Assembly (NCBI GenBank): GCA_944369075.1
Contig: CALVXK010000002.1
Location: forward strand, 53,011-117,010
Reading direction: 5' to 3'
DNA length: 64,000 bases
From: an uncultured Bacilli bacterium
Lineage (GTDB): Bacteria; Bacillota_I; Bacilli_A; RFN20; CAG-826
Within the stretch, counting starts at the first letter, position 1. Each line of letters starts with the position of its first letter. The translations under genes and the position numbers were made by a program. A model generated the notes under the pieces. That model was not told the origin of the DNA. It ran no database searches and saw nothing but the letters and a program-made list of their open reading frames with translations. Positions 26,790 through 37,619 of this stretch are shown here, piece by piece.

Positions 26790-29700
26790 TTAATTATCTA
26801 AAAGATAAAAATAATTATTAACCTTATTTTTCCCAAGAATTTTAAGTTCATTCATCATATAATCGAAAACATTGCTCAAACAATTATCAATATTTCTTGT
26901 CTTTGATTTGAAGCCTAAAATTGCAACAACAGTTTTTCTTAAATTTTCATCTTCGACAGAAATCTCTTTCTTTAAAATATCTTTTATAAGAACACTAACT
27001 TCTTCTTTCGAAATTTCAACAAATTCCCTTGAATTTGCTTTACGATAGAAATCAATAGGATTATTTCCTATTAATTCTGTTCCACTTTTAAAATAGAAAT
27101 AGTTTGTAACAGAGTAAGAATAATTTCTTGGATTATCAAGCTTTGAATAAAAGAAATTTATTAATCTTGTATTATCCTTATTTTTTCTTTTTATTTGAAA
27201 TAATTCATACAATCTTTTTGTCAAAAAAGTTTCAGCAATAGGAGCTTCAACTTCAATAATATTTTTAATTAATTTAAATATAAATTCTCTATTTTTAGGG
27301 TTCATGAATTGTTCTTCGGTATAAAAAGATTTTAAAGAGAATTTTAAGTAAGGCTTATAAGCATCGTTTTGTGTTTTTTCAACTTTCTCAAAGACGACAT
27401 CAGTTAAATTTTGCTCTTCTTGAGCGAAATCTAAAGTATTGTTTTCAACATTCATCTCCCATTCTCCTAACTTTTTTGCAATCTCATTTAATATTTTACT
27501 CTTATTTAAGAAATAATCTAATGACCAAACAAAAATAATATTCCATTTTAAAGATTCTAGTTTTTTTATTTGAATTATATTTTTATCTGTCGTAGTCGGT
27601 GTGTCAACATATTGTTTAGAATCAAGTAATATACCTGCTACAAAAAGCTTATTATTCATCTTTGAAGTTATAGCGATATCAATTTTAAACTTTGAAGCAC
27701 CATAATGAAGTTTCACTTCATATCCTAATTTAATTAAATCTTTTGCTAAATAATTTTCAATTCCCTCAACAACAATATTATTACCACTTAACTCGTCGTA
27801 AGTTAAACTTCTTTGGCCAAATTTCGCATATTCTAAGAATGATCTTAAATATTTAACACCGACGCTATTTGTTTTGTTTATATTAATGTCGTTATATTCA
27901 ATCGAAGTATAAATATTCATTTGTTCCTTACTTCTTGTTATAGCAACATTTAGTCTCCTTTCTCCTCCTAAGTTGTTAATTGGACCGAAGTTTTGAATAA
28001 AACGTCCATTTTTATTTCTACCATAGCAAATAGAAATATAAATTGCATCTCTTTCATCTCCTTGAACGTTCTCAAGGTTTTTAATAAATATTGGTTCTTT
28101 TAGTTTCGAAACTATATCTTCTAGTTGTTTATCATTATCAATTTTATCTTGTAAAAGTCGATCAATTAAATCCATTTGATGAATTGAAAAAGTAATAATA
28201 CCATAGGTTCTTTTGCCTTTTTCTAATTTAATTTGTTTAATTAAATCGTCAACTAACTTTATAGCTTCTATTTTATTTGTAGCAGTTTTACCAGAATCAT
28301 AAATTGCATTTGGAACGAAGTTGTATTTAATTTTTGAGAAATTTTCGTCGCTAGATGGGAAAGTAAAAAGCTCATTTTGATAAAACTTTGCATTAGAAAA
28401 AGCAATTAAAGACTCGGATTTTGATCGATAATGATAACATAATTTTCTAATTGGAAGAGAAATTGAAATTGCATCATCTAAAATTGATTCTAAATCATTC
28501 AAGTAATATTCTCCTTCTTCATCGTTAACTTGTTTATCGAAGAAAGATGTTGGAGGTAATTGCTTATCATCTCCAGCGATAATTAAGGAATCGCCTCTAG
28601 AAATTACGCCTAAAGTTTCTTCAGTTTGAAGCTGGGAAGCTTCATCAAAAATTACGATATCAAAATGATATAGTTTTGGATCTAAATATTTAGCGCAAGA
28701 TAAAGGCGAAACTAAAAAGCAAGGTTTAAGTTTATAGATTGTTGAAGGTATAGTTGAAAGCAATTTTCTTAATGAGATTCCTCTTCCTAAAGATTTAATT
28801 GCCTTTTTTAATATACCCACTTCGCTCGAATTTATACTTTGAGAATAAGATGATGGTATTTTCCTAGAAAGTTTAGAAACAATTTCATTTATTACATCAT
28901 GACGATAAGTTTGATCTAAATTTTGATAGTCTTTTCTTAGATTATTATATTTATCACTAGTGAATTTTTCTAAACCAAGTTTAGTTATTAAGTACTCGCT
29001 TATTCCCTTATATAAACTTGCCTCGAAAAATGAACTTATTTTATCAAAATTAAATTCTTTCTCTTTATAAAATTTTACAAGTTCATTTAAACCACTACTT
29101 TCTAACCTATCAAAAGTTATATTTAGGGCAGTAATATCATATAATTCATCAATATGGTCTTTAATATAATTTAAATTTTCAACTAAGGATTTAATAAAAT
29201 TTTCTTTTTCTAAACTTGAAAAATCAAATTTATAAATTGTTTCTAGATTATTAATCTTTTTATCAATAATTTCATACTCTTCCTTATAAATATCAAAAAC
29301 TTGATAAGAAATATCACTATTACATAAAGAAACAAATGAATTAATTAAATTACTACTTTTTGATTTACCAAAACTTATTTTTTCAAAAAGGCTATATAAA
29401 TTGAGCGTATTGTTAAGTTTATTTAAAATTTTAGTGTAGTCAATTGAACTATTTAAAACGCTCGTTTCATATTTAGGATAATCTAAAGAATATCCAATTA
29501 GAGAATAAATTAGGAATCTATTTTTCTTTACTTCTGCCTCTTTTCTTTTAATTAGATGAATTAAATCTAAATAATATTTAAAATGCTTTTTATCAATTCT
29601 TTTTTTAGAATATTTCGAAAAATAATTTTTAATTTTAAAAGAAGAGAAAGTTTTTTGAATAAAATTCCCATTTTGCATTTTTATAGCCGCTTCAAATAAT

Positions 29701-32645
29701 TCTTTAATCTTCTCTTCACTAATATTATCTAAAATTGAATAATCAAAAATAGAAAATAATTGTTCTTTATCTTTATAATAAGATTCTTCAACATTTATCA
29801 TCTTTTTAAGATCTTGAATTAAAGAATGAATGTTAGTTTTTGATAGCAAGTTTAAATACACTTCGTTTTTAGAATTAAATTCAAATAAAGTGTAAAGTTC
29901 ATTTAAATCTTTCTCATTTAACAAAGGAATGTTTAAAATTTCTGAAATTTTGTCATTTATTACTATAAATTTTTCAAGAATTTCAATAAATTTTTCTAAC
30001 ATTAAATTAAGATTATTTTTGATGTCTAAGGAATAATCCTTATTTTTATAAATCTTAAAAGGATTGTTTTGATAAGATGGAAAATTTTTTGAATGAATAT
30101 AAGCTTCTTTTAAGAGTGTTAAAACCTCATCTTTTTTATAAATATTAAATTTTTCAATAAAATTAGTATTTATCTTAAGGGAATCGTTATAATTTTCTTC
30201 ATTTTTCTCAAATTGAATTAAAGCTTCATATAAGGAAATAGGATAAAAATTTGGTTTTTTATGAATAATATCAAGAATTCTTTCAAGTTCTTCCTTAGTT
30301 AAATTTATATTTTCAATAAGATTATTAAATCCTAAAATAGATTTAATTTCTCCAAGTTCTAATGTTTTATATAAATTTTCCAAAACTTGCTTTTTATCTT
30401 GCTTATTTGAATGTAATTCCAAAATAAAATTATCAAGTTTGATATTTTTTAAACGTTCAAAAACAACATCAAGAGCTGCTTTTTTAGAGGAACAAAATAA
30501 TACCTTTTTATCATTATATAAGGCATTTGCAATAATATTTGCAATAGTTTGGCTTTTACCTGTCCCAGGAGGACCAATTAAAACAAAAGATTCGCCATTT
30601 GTCGCATTAACAATAGCTTCGAGTTGGCTTGAATCAGCCATTAAAGGTATAGCAAGTTTATTTAAATCAACATACTTATCAATTTCTAAAGCTGTCAAAG
30701 ATGGTTTTTCGTTATTATATACTTTATAGCCATTAACAAATGAATTAATGATTTTATTTTTCATTAATTCGTCTTTTCTACTTTTTATATCATTCCATAA
30801 AACAAACTTATTAAAAGAAAATCTTCCTAAAAAAGCATTTTTCTTAACTATTATATTTCTTAAACTAGATAAATCTTTTTTTAGATCATTAAATAATTTA
30901 TTTATGTCAATTAAGGCTTTATTTTCTTCTTTTTTTGGAAGTTCATCAAATGAAAATGAAAAATCAATTTTATAGGTTTCCTTAACGTAATTTAAAAAGG
31001 AGATATTTAAAGTTGGTTCAATATCTAAAACTCTAAAATAATACTTATTTTGATTATTTTTTCTAATTAATTCGACAGGATAAAGTAAAATAGGAGCATA
31101 AAAAGTAGCTTTTGAGTTCAAATCATCTTTATAAGCAAAAACGCCAGATGAAATAAAAAGCGTATTAGTTCCACTTTCTTCAATATCAAATCTTGATCTT
31201 TTATATAGCGAATATAAAGTTTTAGCAAAATCTTTTTCGTCCAAAAAAAGTTCAATCTCATTTTTTACTAAATTCATTTTGCTTCTTTCATAAATATCTT
31301 TATTTTCTTTCATATCAAATAAAGATTTTCTAAAAGTTTTGCTTACTTCTATTCCTTTAAGTGGCTTAAGTAAAAATAAATTTTCTTCATCATTATCTAA
31401 TAAATATGTAAGTTCCTCTATTGAAGGAACAAGGAGTTCGAAAGAAGAAACTCCTATTTTCATATTAATAAGCTTGTTAGATTTTGAATAATCGAGTAAC
31501 TTTTTTTGATAATAATCAAATTTTGAATTCCCAGAAATTATTTTTTCTTTAACTAAAGAGGTATCTAAAGAAAAGTCTTCTAATTCTTTACTTCTTTCAT
31601 CAATTTTAATTTTCTTCGAACTTTCTTCATCTAAAAAAGTATAGTCTAAAGGATGATAATTATTAAGACGCGAAACTTTTAAGTCTAAGTAAAGCAGATT
31701 TTGACTATTTTTTATTAATTCAGTTTTTGAAGTTAAAATATTTTCACTAAAAAGTTTCTTTTCAAGCAATAAAGTTGGATCAAGAGGTAAAATTCTTCCA
31801 AGATTTAGATAAGAAACAAATAAAGAATAATCATCACTTAATGAAGAAGAAAAGGTTTCGTTTGTTAGCCAAATTCCAAGATAAACTTTATTTTGCACAA
31901 AAATAAGGACCGAATTTAAATTTAAATACTCAAAAATAGAGCAAAGAAATAAAGCTACATCTAAAGAGGTTCCTCTTTTATAATATTCAACACTTTCAAG
32001 GTGTCTTATATTTACACCATTATTAATAAAGTTTTTTGGTAAAGTTAAGTAAAAAATATTCTTACTTAAAAACTGATTATAAATTAATTCAACTTCTCTT
32101 TTTAAATCATCTTTATCATCAAAATAAGTTAAAAATCGATTAAAACCATACTTGTCTTTTAAAGAATCAAGTAAATTTAAAACATTATTTTTAACAACTT
32201 TCGAATTTGGATTAATAAATGAGGCTAAAACTTCATAAGGCAAATTTTTAGCATCAAAATAAGAAGGAGGAAGTAAATTTAATTCTCTAGAGGCGTAACC
32301 TAAAATTTGATTTTCTTCATTTAATAATTCAATGTTAATAACAAATTTTCTCAAGATACGATTATTTTTAAGAACAGCTTCGTTAACTTTATAAGTAAAA
32401 TTATTAAACTCAAGATTTTCCTTACTTGAAAAAGAGTTTATCAAAATATCCTCAAATTTAATGAAATCTTCAAAGTCGCTTAAAAATATTCTTAAAACTA
32501 GATTATTTAAGATGACGTCTTCACTTGATTCAATCGAAAGCTTAATAAAATTAATTAAACTAACTTTTTGAAAATAAGAAGTATATGAAAAGACTTCGTT
32601 TATTGATGGTTCTAGAACTATTTTAAACTTACTTTGATTTATCAT
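26790..32645 (-). CDS. 1951-aa multidomain protein: DUF4011-like N-terminal region, Upf1-like SF1 helicase core, endonuclease-like (DUF559/MTES_1575-type) module and DUF3320-like C-terminus
   Basis: Helicase motifs GPPGTGKSQT, VIFDEASQL, GDDKQLPPTSFF, HYRSKSESL, VQGDERDAIYIS and RRLNVAITRSK. The nuclease-like segment is SKFKIDIAIT ... GILLDSKQY ... WNIIFVWSLDYF. The DUF4011-like segment is FYAPILLYPVEL. Confidence 0.8.
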   Translation of the reverse strand: MINQSKFKIVLEPSINEVFSYTSYFQKVSLINFIKLSIESSEDVILNNLVLRIFLSDFEDFIKFEDILINSFSSKENLEFNNFTYKVNEAVLKNNRILRKFVINIELLNEENQILGYASRELNLLPPSYFDAKNLPYEVLASFINPNSKVVKNNVLNLLDSLKDKYGFNRFLTYFDDKDDLKREVELIYNQFLSKNIFYLTLPKNFINNGVNIRHLESVEYYKRGTSLDVALFLCSIFEYLNLNSVLIFVQNKVYLGIWLTNETFSSSLSDDYSLFVSYLNLGRILPLDPTLLLEKKLFSENILTSKTELIKNSQNLLYLDLKVSRLNNYHPLDYTFLDEESSKKIKIDERSKELEDFSLDTSLVKEKIISGNSKFDYYQKKLLDYSKSNKLINMKIGVSSFELLVPSIEELTYLLDNDEENLFLLKPLKGIEVSKTFRKSLFDMKENKDIYERSKMNLVKNEIELFLDEKDFAKTLYSLYKRSRFDIEESGTNTLFISSGVFAYKDDLNSKATFYAPILLYPVELIRKNNQNKYYFRVLDIEPTLNISFLNYVKETYKIDFSFSFDELPKKEENKALIDINKLFNDLKKDLSSLRNIIVKKNAFLGRFSFNKFVLWNDIKSRKDELMKNKIINSFVNGYKVYNNEKPSLTALEIDKYVDLNKLAIPLMADSSQLEAIVNATNGESFVLIGPPGTGKSQTIANIIANALYNDKKVLFCSSKKAALDVVFERLKNIKLDNFILELHSNKQDKKQVLENLYKTLELGEIKSILGFNNLIENINLTKEELERILDIIHKKPNFYPISLYEALIQFEKNEENYNDSLKINTNFIEKFNIYKKDEVLTLLKEAYIHSKNFPSYQNNPFKIYKNKDYSLDIKNNLNLMLEKFIEILEKFIVINDKISEILNIPLLNEKDLNELYTLFEFNSKNEVYLNLLSKTNIHSLIQDLKKMINVEESYYKDKEQLFSIFDYSILDNISEEKIKELFEAAIKMQNGNFIQKTFSSFKIKNYFSKYSKKRIDKKHFKYYLDLIHLIKRKEAEVKKNRFLIYSLIGYSLDYPKYETSVLNSSIDYTKILNKLNNTLNLYSLFEKISFGKSKSSNLINSFVSLCNSDISYQVFDIYKEEYEIIDKKINNLETIYKFDFSSLEKENFIKSLVENLNYIKDHIDELYDITALNITFDRLESSGLNELVKFYKEKEFNFDKISSFFEASLYKGISEYLITKLGLEKFTSDKYNNLRKDYQNLDQTYRHDVINEIVSKLSRKIPSSYSQSINSSEVGILKKAIKSLGRGISLRKLLSTIPSTIYKLKPCFLVSPLSCAKYLDPKLYHFDIVIFDEASQLQTEETLGVISRGDSLIIAGDDKQLPPTSFFDKQVNDEEGEYYLNDLESILDDAISISLPIRKLCYHYRSKSESLIAFSNAKFYQNELFTFPSSDENFSKIKYNFVPNAIYDSGKTATNKIEAIKLVDDLIKQIKLEKGKRTYGIITFSIHQMDLIDRLLQDKIDNDKQLEDIVSKLKEPIFIKNLENVQGDERDAIYISICYGRNKNGRFIQNFGPINNLGGERRLNVAITRSKEQMNIYTSIEYNDININKTNSVGVKYLRSFLEYAKFGQRSLTYDELSGNNIVVEGIENYLAKDLIKLGYEVKLHYGASKFKIDIAITSKMNNKLFVAGILLDSKQYVDTPTTTDKNIIQIKKLESLKWNIIFVWSLDYFLNKSKILNEIAKKLGEWEMNVENNTLDFAQEEQNLTDVVFEKVEKTQNDAYKPYLKFSLKSFYTEEQFMNPKNREFIFKLIKNIIEVEAPIAETFLTKRLYELFQIKRKNKDNTRLINFFYSKLDNPRNYSYSVTNYFYFKSGTELIGNNPIDFYRKANSREFVEISKEEVSVLIKDILKKEISVEDENLRKTVVAILGFKSKTRNIDNCLSNVFDYMMNELKILGKNKVNNYFYLLDN

Positions 32646-32695
32646 AATTTCTCTCTAAAATTCTTTTAATATAAATAACTATAAACAGCATTAAC

Positions 32696-33967
32696 TTAAT
32701 ATAAAATTTCTTTTTTTAACAAAAAATCTTTTAATCCAACAAATAAGATTCCGTTTTCATCATATTTAGGTTTAAATAATTGTTTAGTAACTACAATTTT
32801 CTTAAAGTGATCTTTTATTTTAGAAAAAGGTTTAACCACTTTTTCTAAATTTTCTTTAGATGATATATCCTCTAAAAATTGAACATAAACTTTTTTATCA
32901 AAATTCTTAGCAAGAAAATCAACCTCAAGATATTCTCTAATGGTTTTGGCTTCTTTATCTTTATAAAAGTTTTCAATTAAAGCACTACTTACTTCATAGC
33001 CTCGATAACGAAGTTCGTTAAATATCATATTTTTAATTTTTGCATCTAAACTTACTTCATTAAAGTTAAGTAGACTTGAAACTAAGCCTAAATCATTAAA
33101 ATAATATTTTTTAGAAGTTTCTAAATTTCTTTTTAATTTTAAAACATATCTTCCTTCTTCATTGAGAATATTATTTTCTTTCAAAATATCCATATAAGAG
33201 GAGATAGTTTCATTATTAATATTAATATTTTTTTCTTCTAAAATTTCCGTTATTTTCATAATCGTTAAATTTTGATCTAAGAAAAGAGCTAAAGTCTCTA
33301 AGAGTAATTTAAAAATTGAGTTATCGTTTTTAATATTATTTTTTGCTTTAATATCATTTGAAATAATCTCATTAATTAAAGAATTTAAATAGGCTTCTTT
33401 TTCTTTATTAGATAAATATATCGTTCCAATAAGTCCACCGTATTTTAAATATTCTTCTATTTTAAAATCATTATTAAAATCAAAAATCTCACTATAACTT
33501 AATGGAAATAGAGGAATATTAATCCCTTTCCCTTTAAAATATAAGTTATCTTCATAAAAAGAAATATTTGATGTAGTAACAAAACTAGAAACATTTTCTA
33601 AGGTGAATAGATAATTTAAAAACGTATAACAATTAACTTTTTTTGATTCGTTTTCAAGATAAACGCTTTTCATTAAATCAATATCATCTATAAATAAATA
33701 TATTTTTTCATTTAATGTAAGTAATTCATTTTGAACAAATTTAATAAAGTTAAGAGGATTTCTTAAGTTTGCATTATAATTTTTCTCTAATTCGATAATT
33801 ACAATTTGATCTAGATTTACTCCTTCATTTAACAAATGATTTTTAAAATTTTCTAAAAGAAGATGGCTTTTTCCTACCCCTCTACTTCCAGAAATAATTT
33901 TAATAAACCTAGAATCTTGAAAATTTACAAGTTTATCTAGATATTTTTTTCTTATTAATTCTCCCAT
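32696..33967 (-). CDS. AAA+ ATPase with a DUF4143-type C-terminal domain (COG1373-like)
   Basis: Walker A GSRGVGKSH, Walker B LFIDDID. The C-terminal part has YYFNDLGL and EVDFLA patterns. Confidence 0.7.
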   Translation of the reverse strand: MGELIRKKYLDKLVNFQDSRFIKIISGSRGVGKSHLLLENFKNHLLNEGVNLDQIVIIELEKNYNANLRNPLNFIKFVQNELLTLNEKIYLFIDDIDLMKSVYLENESKKVNCYTFLNYLFTLENVSSFVTTSNISFYEDNLYFKGKGINIPLFPLSYSEIFDFNNDFKIEEYLKYGGLIGTIYLSNKEKEAYLNSLINEIISNDIKAKNNIKNDNSIFKLLLETLALFLDQNLTIMKITEILEEKNININNETISSYMDILKENNILNEEGRYVLKLKRNLETSKKYYFNDLGLVSSLLNFNEVSLDAKIKNMIFNELRYRGYEVSSALIENFYKDKEAKTIREYLEVDFLAKNFDKKVYVQFLEDISSKENLEKVVKPFSKIKDHFKKIVVTKQLFKPKYDENGILFVGLKDFLLKKEILY

Positions 33968-34078
33968 TTATAGTGTAAACTCACAAAATCTTAACTCTTA
34001 ATTAATGAACACAATAATTATAGCACACTTAATTTTAAATTAAAGAGAAATTTTTGTGTATTTACACAATTGTTATTT

Positions 34079-36526
34079 TTATAATTCTTCAGCCTTAATA
34101 ACGAGCTTATTTTTATATTTAATAACAAGAAAAATAAATAAAAATGAAGCAAGAATATAGTAAATTCCTAAACTAAGATATTCTTCTAAATTTAGTTTTG
34201 TATAAATATCTAAATTGAATATTGCTTTAAATATAAGTTCAAGTTGTTCAAAAAGACTATCTGCACCTCTTAGATAAAATGGATTTAAGAAAATATTAGG
34301 AGCAAATATAAGCCCAAAAAGAATCAAACAAGATGAAATAATAAGTATATTTCTAGAATATTTTGATAAAGGATAACTTATTCCAAAAAGTATTACTGGC
34401 CCAAATAAAGAAATAAGTAACGAACAAATAATATGGGCTCCAGGAATATCAATAAAGAAGGATAACATACCTGTTATTAATCCAGGTAAGGATAAAAATA
34501 AACCCGATATTCCTCCTAAAATAAAACTCCTTTTTAACATTTTATTATCATATTTATCAGGAATTGTATTTTCAATAGATAATAAAAATCCAGAAAGAGC
34601 AACAATAATAAATTCAAAGATATAAATAGATTCAATTCCAATAACCATCCCGTTTTTAGAAACTAAGGAATATAAGGCGAATAAGAATATAAGTGTATCT
34701 TTTACGATAAATAAAGTACAAGTTCTTTCAATATTTTTTAAAACTCTTCTTCCTTCTTTAATTACGTTAGGTAAAGATGAAAAATCATCATCTAATAAAG
34801 TAAAATCGCTTATTATTTTAGAAGAACTAACTCCTGAATTTAAAGCTATTGAAGAAGTTGCTCTTCTTAAAGAAGTAATATCATTTACCCCGTCTCCAAT
34901 ATAAGCTACTTTATGATTATTTTCTTCTAAAAGCCTAACTATTTCTTCTTTTTGTTCAGGTTTAGCTCTTGCAAAAATGCTATATTTAGCATAAATATTT
35001 TTAAGTTCTTCTAAATCTACATTTTCTAAAGATATAGCTTTATCATAATTTAATATACCTGCTTCTTTTGCTACTTCTTTAACTGTTTCTAAATTATCTC
35101 CACTAATTACCTTAATATCAACTTTAAGTTCATTAAAATAAGAGATAGTCTCTTTTACATTTTTTCTAAGTTCACTTACTAGATATATTAAAGATAAAAC
35201 TTCTTTTTCATCTTTAAAAACAAGTACTCTATTTCCTTTTTTTGCTAAATCTAGAGCAATTTCATATATATTACTATCTTTTATTTTATCTAAAAGATAA
35301 TCAAATGCCCCAAAATAATAATTTTTCCCATTTATTTTTAAAGAAGAGTATTTTTTTGAAGAATCAAAAAGCATCTTATCTTCTATCTTTAAATTATTTT
35401 GATTTTTAAATTTATCTAGTTCATTTTGATTAATATTTAAAAATGATTTAACACTAATAGATGTATCGGAATCATTTAAATTATATAAATAGAAATAAAG
35501 TAACTTATTTAAATATTCTTTAGAATATTCTTTACTTATTATTTTGATCTCTTTAACTTTCATTTTATTTGTAGTTAAAGTACCCGTTTTATCAACACAT
35601 AATATATCGATTCTAGCTAAAGACTCAATAGCATAAAGTTCTTTAGTTAAAACATTTTGTTTTATTAATTTTATTATTGAATTAGCTAAAGTAACACTTG
35701 AAAGTAAAACTAATCCAATAGGTATCATTCCAACAATAATTGTTGAAGAATTAGCAATTGAATTAAGAAGAAAATCTCCTTTTTGATAAATATATGTTGA
35801 TAAATTTACTGCTCCAATAGCTGGGAAAATTAAGATTAACATTATAAGTATTATTTTATTAATATCTTTATTTAATAATGATTTTGATTTTTTAATACTT
35901 TTAACTTTACTTTCAAGATTATTTACAAAAGTATCTTTACCTACCTTAATTACTTTAGCAATACATTTTCCATATATTAAAATAGATCCACTTAAAAGTT
36001 TATCTCCAACATTCTTTTTAATTAGATTTGATTCTCCACTTAATATTGCTTCATTTAAAATTGCTTCTCCATCAACTATTTCTAAATCAACAGGTAAAGT
36101 AAAATTTGTCTTTTCTAAATATATATAATCTCCTAAAACTATCTCATCATCATTAACTAAAGTTAGTTTATTATCTCTAATTACTTCTACTTTTCCTTTA
36201 TTAATTACTTTCATTTTATCTAAAGTAATTTTAGATTTTTCTTTAGAAACAATAGAAATGATAATATTAAATAAAATTACTACTAAAAACCCATATTTAG
36301 TAATAGGAATATATGAAAATCCATCTTCTAAAAAGATTTGAGTATATAAAAATAATAAAGCAACGATATAAAGAATAACGTTAGGTAAAGTAAAAATAGA
36401 AGATAGTATTATTGAAAAGTGTGTATTTTTTACTATCTTTTTTGATTTATTAACCTTTTTAGCCTTAACTAAAGACGATACCTCACTCGAAGTTAAGCCA
36501 CTATATTCTTTATCATTAAATTTCAT
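34079..36526 (-). CDS. Cation-translocating P-type ATPase (HAD-IC superfamily, specificity unknown)
   Basis: DKTGTLT phosphorylation motif and GDGVNDITSL hinge, with about 10 TM segments. TM4 reads IPIGL rather than PEGL or CPC. Confidence 0.85.
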   Translation of the reverse strand: MKFNDKEYSGLTSSEVSSLVKAKKVNKSKKIVKNTHFSIILSSIFTLPNVILYIVALLFLYTQIFLEDGFSYIPITKYGFLVVILFNIIISIVSKEKSKITLDKMKVINKGKVEVIRDNKLTLVNDDEIVLGDYIYLEKTNFTLPVDLEIVDGEAILNEAILSGESNLIKKNVGDKLLSGSILIYGKCIAKVIKVGKDTFVNNLESKVKSIKKSKSLLNKDINKIILIMLILIFPAIGAVNLSTYIYQKGDFLLNSIANSSTIIVGMIPIGLVLLSSVTLANSIIKLIKQNVLTKELYAIESLARIDILCVDKTGTLTTNKMKVKEIKIISKEYSKEYLNKLLYFYLYNLNDSDTSISVKSFLNINQNELDKFKNQNNLKIEDKMLFDSSKKYSSLKINGKNYYFGAFDYLLDKIKDSNIYEIALDLAKKGNRVLVFKDEKEVLSLIYLVSELRKNVKETISYFNELKVDIKVISGDNLETVKEVAKEAGILNYDKAISLENVDLEELKNIYAKYSIFARAKPEQKEEIVRLLEENNHKVAYIGDGVNDITSLRRATSSIALNSGVSSSKIISDFTLLDDDFSSLPNVIKEGRRVLKNIERTCTLFIVKDTLIFLFALYSLVSKNGMVIGIESIYIFEFIIVALSGFLLSIENTIPDKYDNKMLKRSFILGGISGLFLSLPGLITGMLSFFIDIPGAHIICSLLISLFGPVILFGISYPLSKYSRNILIISSCLILFGLIFAPNIFLNPFYLRGADSLFEQLELIFKAIFNLDIYTKLNLEEYLSLGIYYILASFLFIFLVIKYKNKLVIKAEEL

Positions 36527-36531
36527 AACTT

Positions 36532-37521
36532 TTAATAATTAATGTAATGAGCTTTATGTAATATTTCATCAACAATAGACATTATTTTAAGAGTTTCATC
36601 TAAAATCATCGAAGGATTTTCTTTTTTTGAAGAATTAATAGTGTTATATGTTTCTAAAAGTTGATATTCATATCCATTAAACTCTTCTTTTATATTAAAA
36701 GAAGAAACTAAACTAGCATAATTTTTTGATTTATCTTCACGTAAATATATTTCTATTTTTTCAGGATTATTAATATTTATTACTTTAATAAATCCTTTTT
36801 CTCCATAGATAAATCCTTCTCTAGAAGTTGCTTGATTTATAGTTGTAAAAAATTGAGCTAACACCCCGTTTTCATATTCCATATTAACAATATCAGTCTC
36901 ATCAACTCCTTCTTCATTTAATTTTGAGATTACTTTTAAAGATTTAAGTTTAGAAAGAGCAAACATATCAATAAAATTAAGAGGATATACCCCAACATCT
37001 AACATTGCTCCTCCTCCAAGTTTAGGATTTTTTATTCTTTCTTTATCTTTAATTTCATATCCTAAATTAGCTTCAATATAATAAACTTTACCGATTACAT
37101 CGTTACCAAGAAGATTCAAAATTATTCCTCTAGATGGCATATATCTAGTCCAGATTGCTTCCCCTAAAAAAAGATTCTTTTTTCTAGCTAAATCAACCAA
37201 TTCTTTAGCTTCTTTATAGTTAAATGTAAAAGCTTTTTCACATAAAACATTCCTATTATTTTCTAAACATAATTTAATATGGTTATAATGATCTTTAATT
37301 AAAGTTGAAATATAAACTAAATCGATTTCTTTATCTTTTACTAAATCTTCATAAGATTTATAGGCTTTTTTAAATCCATATTTAGTTACAAATTCATTTA
37401 ATTTATCTTCACTTTTAGAACTAACAGCGTAAAGTTCAAATTTATCTTTATATTGTAAAAAAGTTTCTGCTAAGGTATGAGCAATATTACCTGCTCCAAT
37501 AAAACCAACTTTTAGTATCAT
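36532..37521 (-). CDS. Gfo/Idh/MocA-family oxidoreductase
   Basis: N-terminal Rossmann VGFIGAGNIA, with EKA at the EKP-motif position. Confidence 0.75.
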   Translation of the reverse strand: MILKVGFIGAGNIAHTLAETFLQYKDKFELYAVSSKSEDKLNEFVTKYGFKKAYKSYEDLVKDKEIDLVYISTLIKDHYNHIKLCLENNRNVLCEKAFTFNYKEAKELVDLARKKNLFLGEAIWTRYMPSRGIILNLLGNDVIGKVYYIEANLGYEIKDKERIKNPKLGGGAMLDVGVYPLNFIDMFALSKLKSLKVISKLNEEGVDETDIVNMEYENGVLAQFFTTINQATSREGFIYGEKGFIKVININNPEKIEIYLREDKSKNYASLVSSFNIKEEFNGYEYQLLETYNTINSSKKENPSMILDETLKIMSIVDEILHKAHYINY

Positions 37522-37619
37522 TTTTATCTCCTAAGTCTTGCTATATTTTAATCTAAAAAGATTAAAAAAGATATTTGAATTTTTTTAAATTATCACTTAT
37601 AAAAATATAATAAAAAATT

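Noticed and set aside
26790-32645. Classifying the giant helicase as a Mokosh-type (helicase plus PLD nuclease) defence protein.
   Set aside because: I found no HxK(x4)D phospholipase-D motif. The C-terminal modules are instead DUF559/Vsr-like and DUF3320-like.
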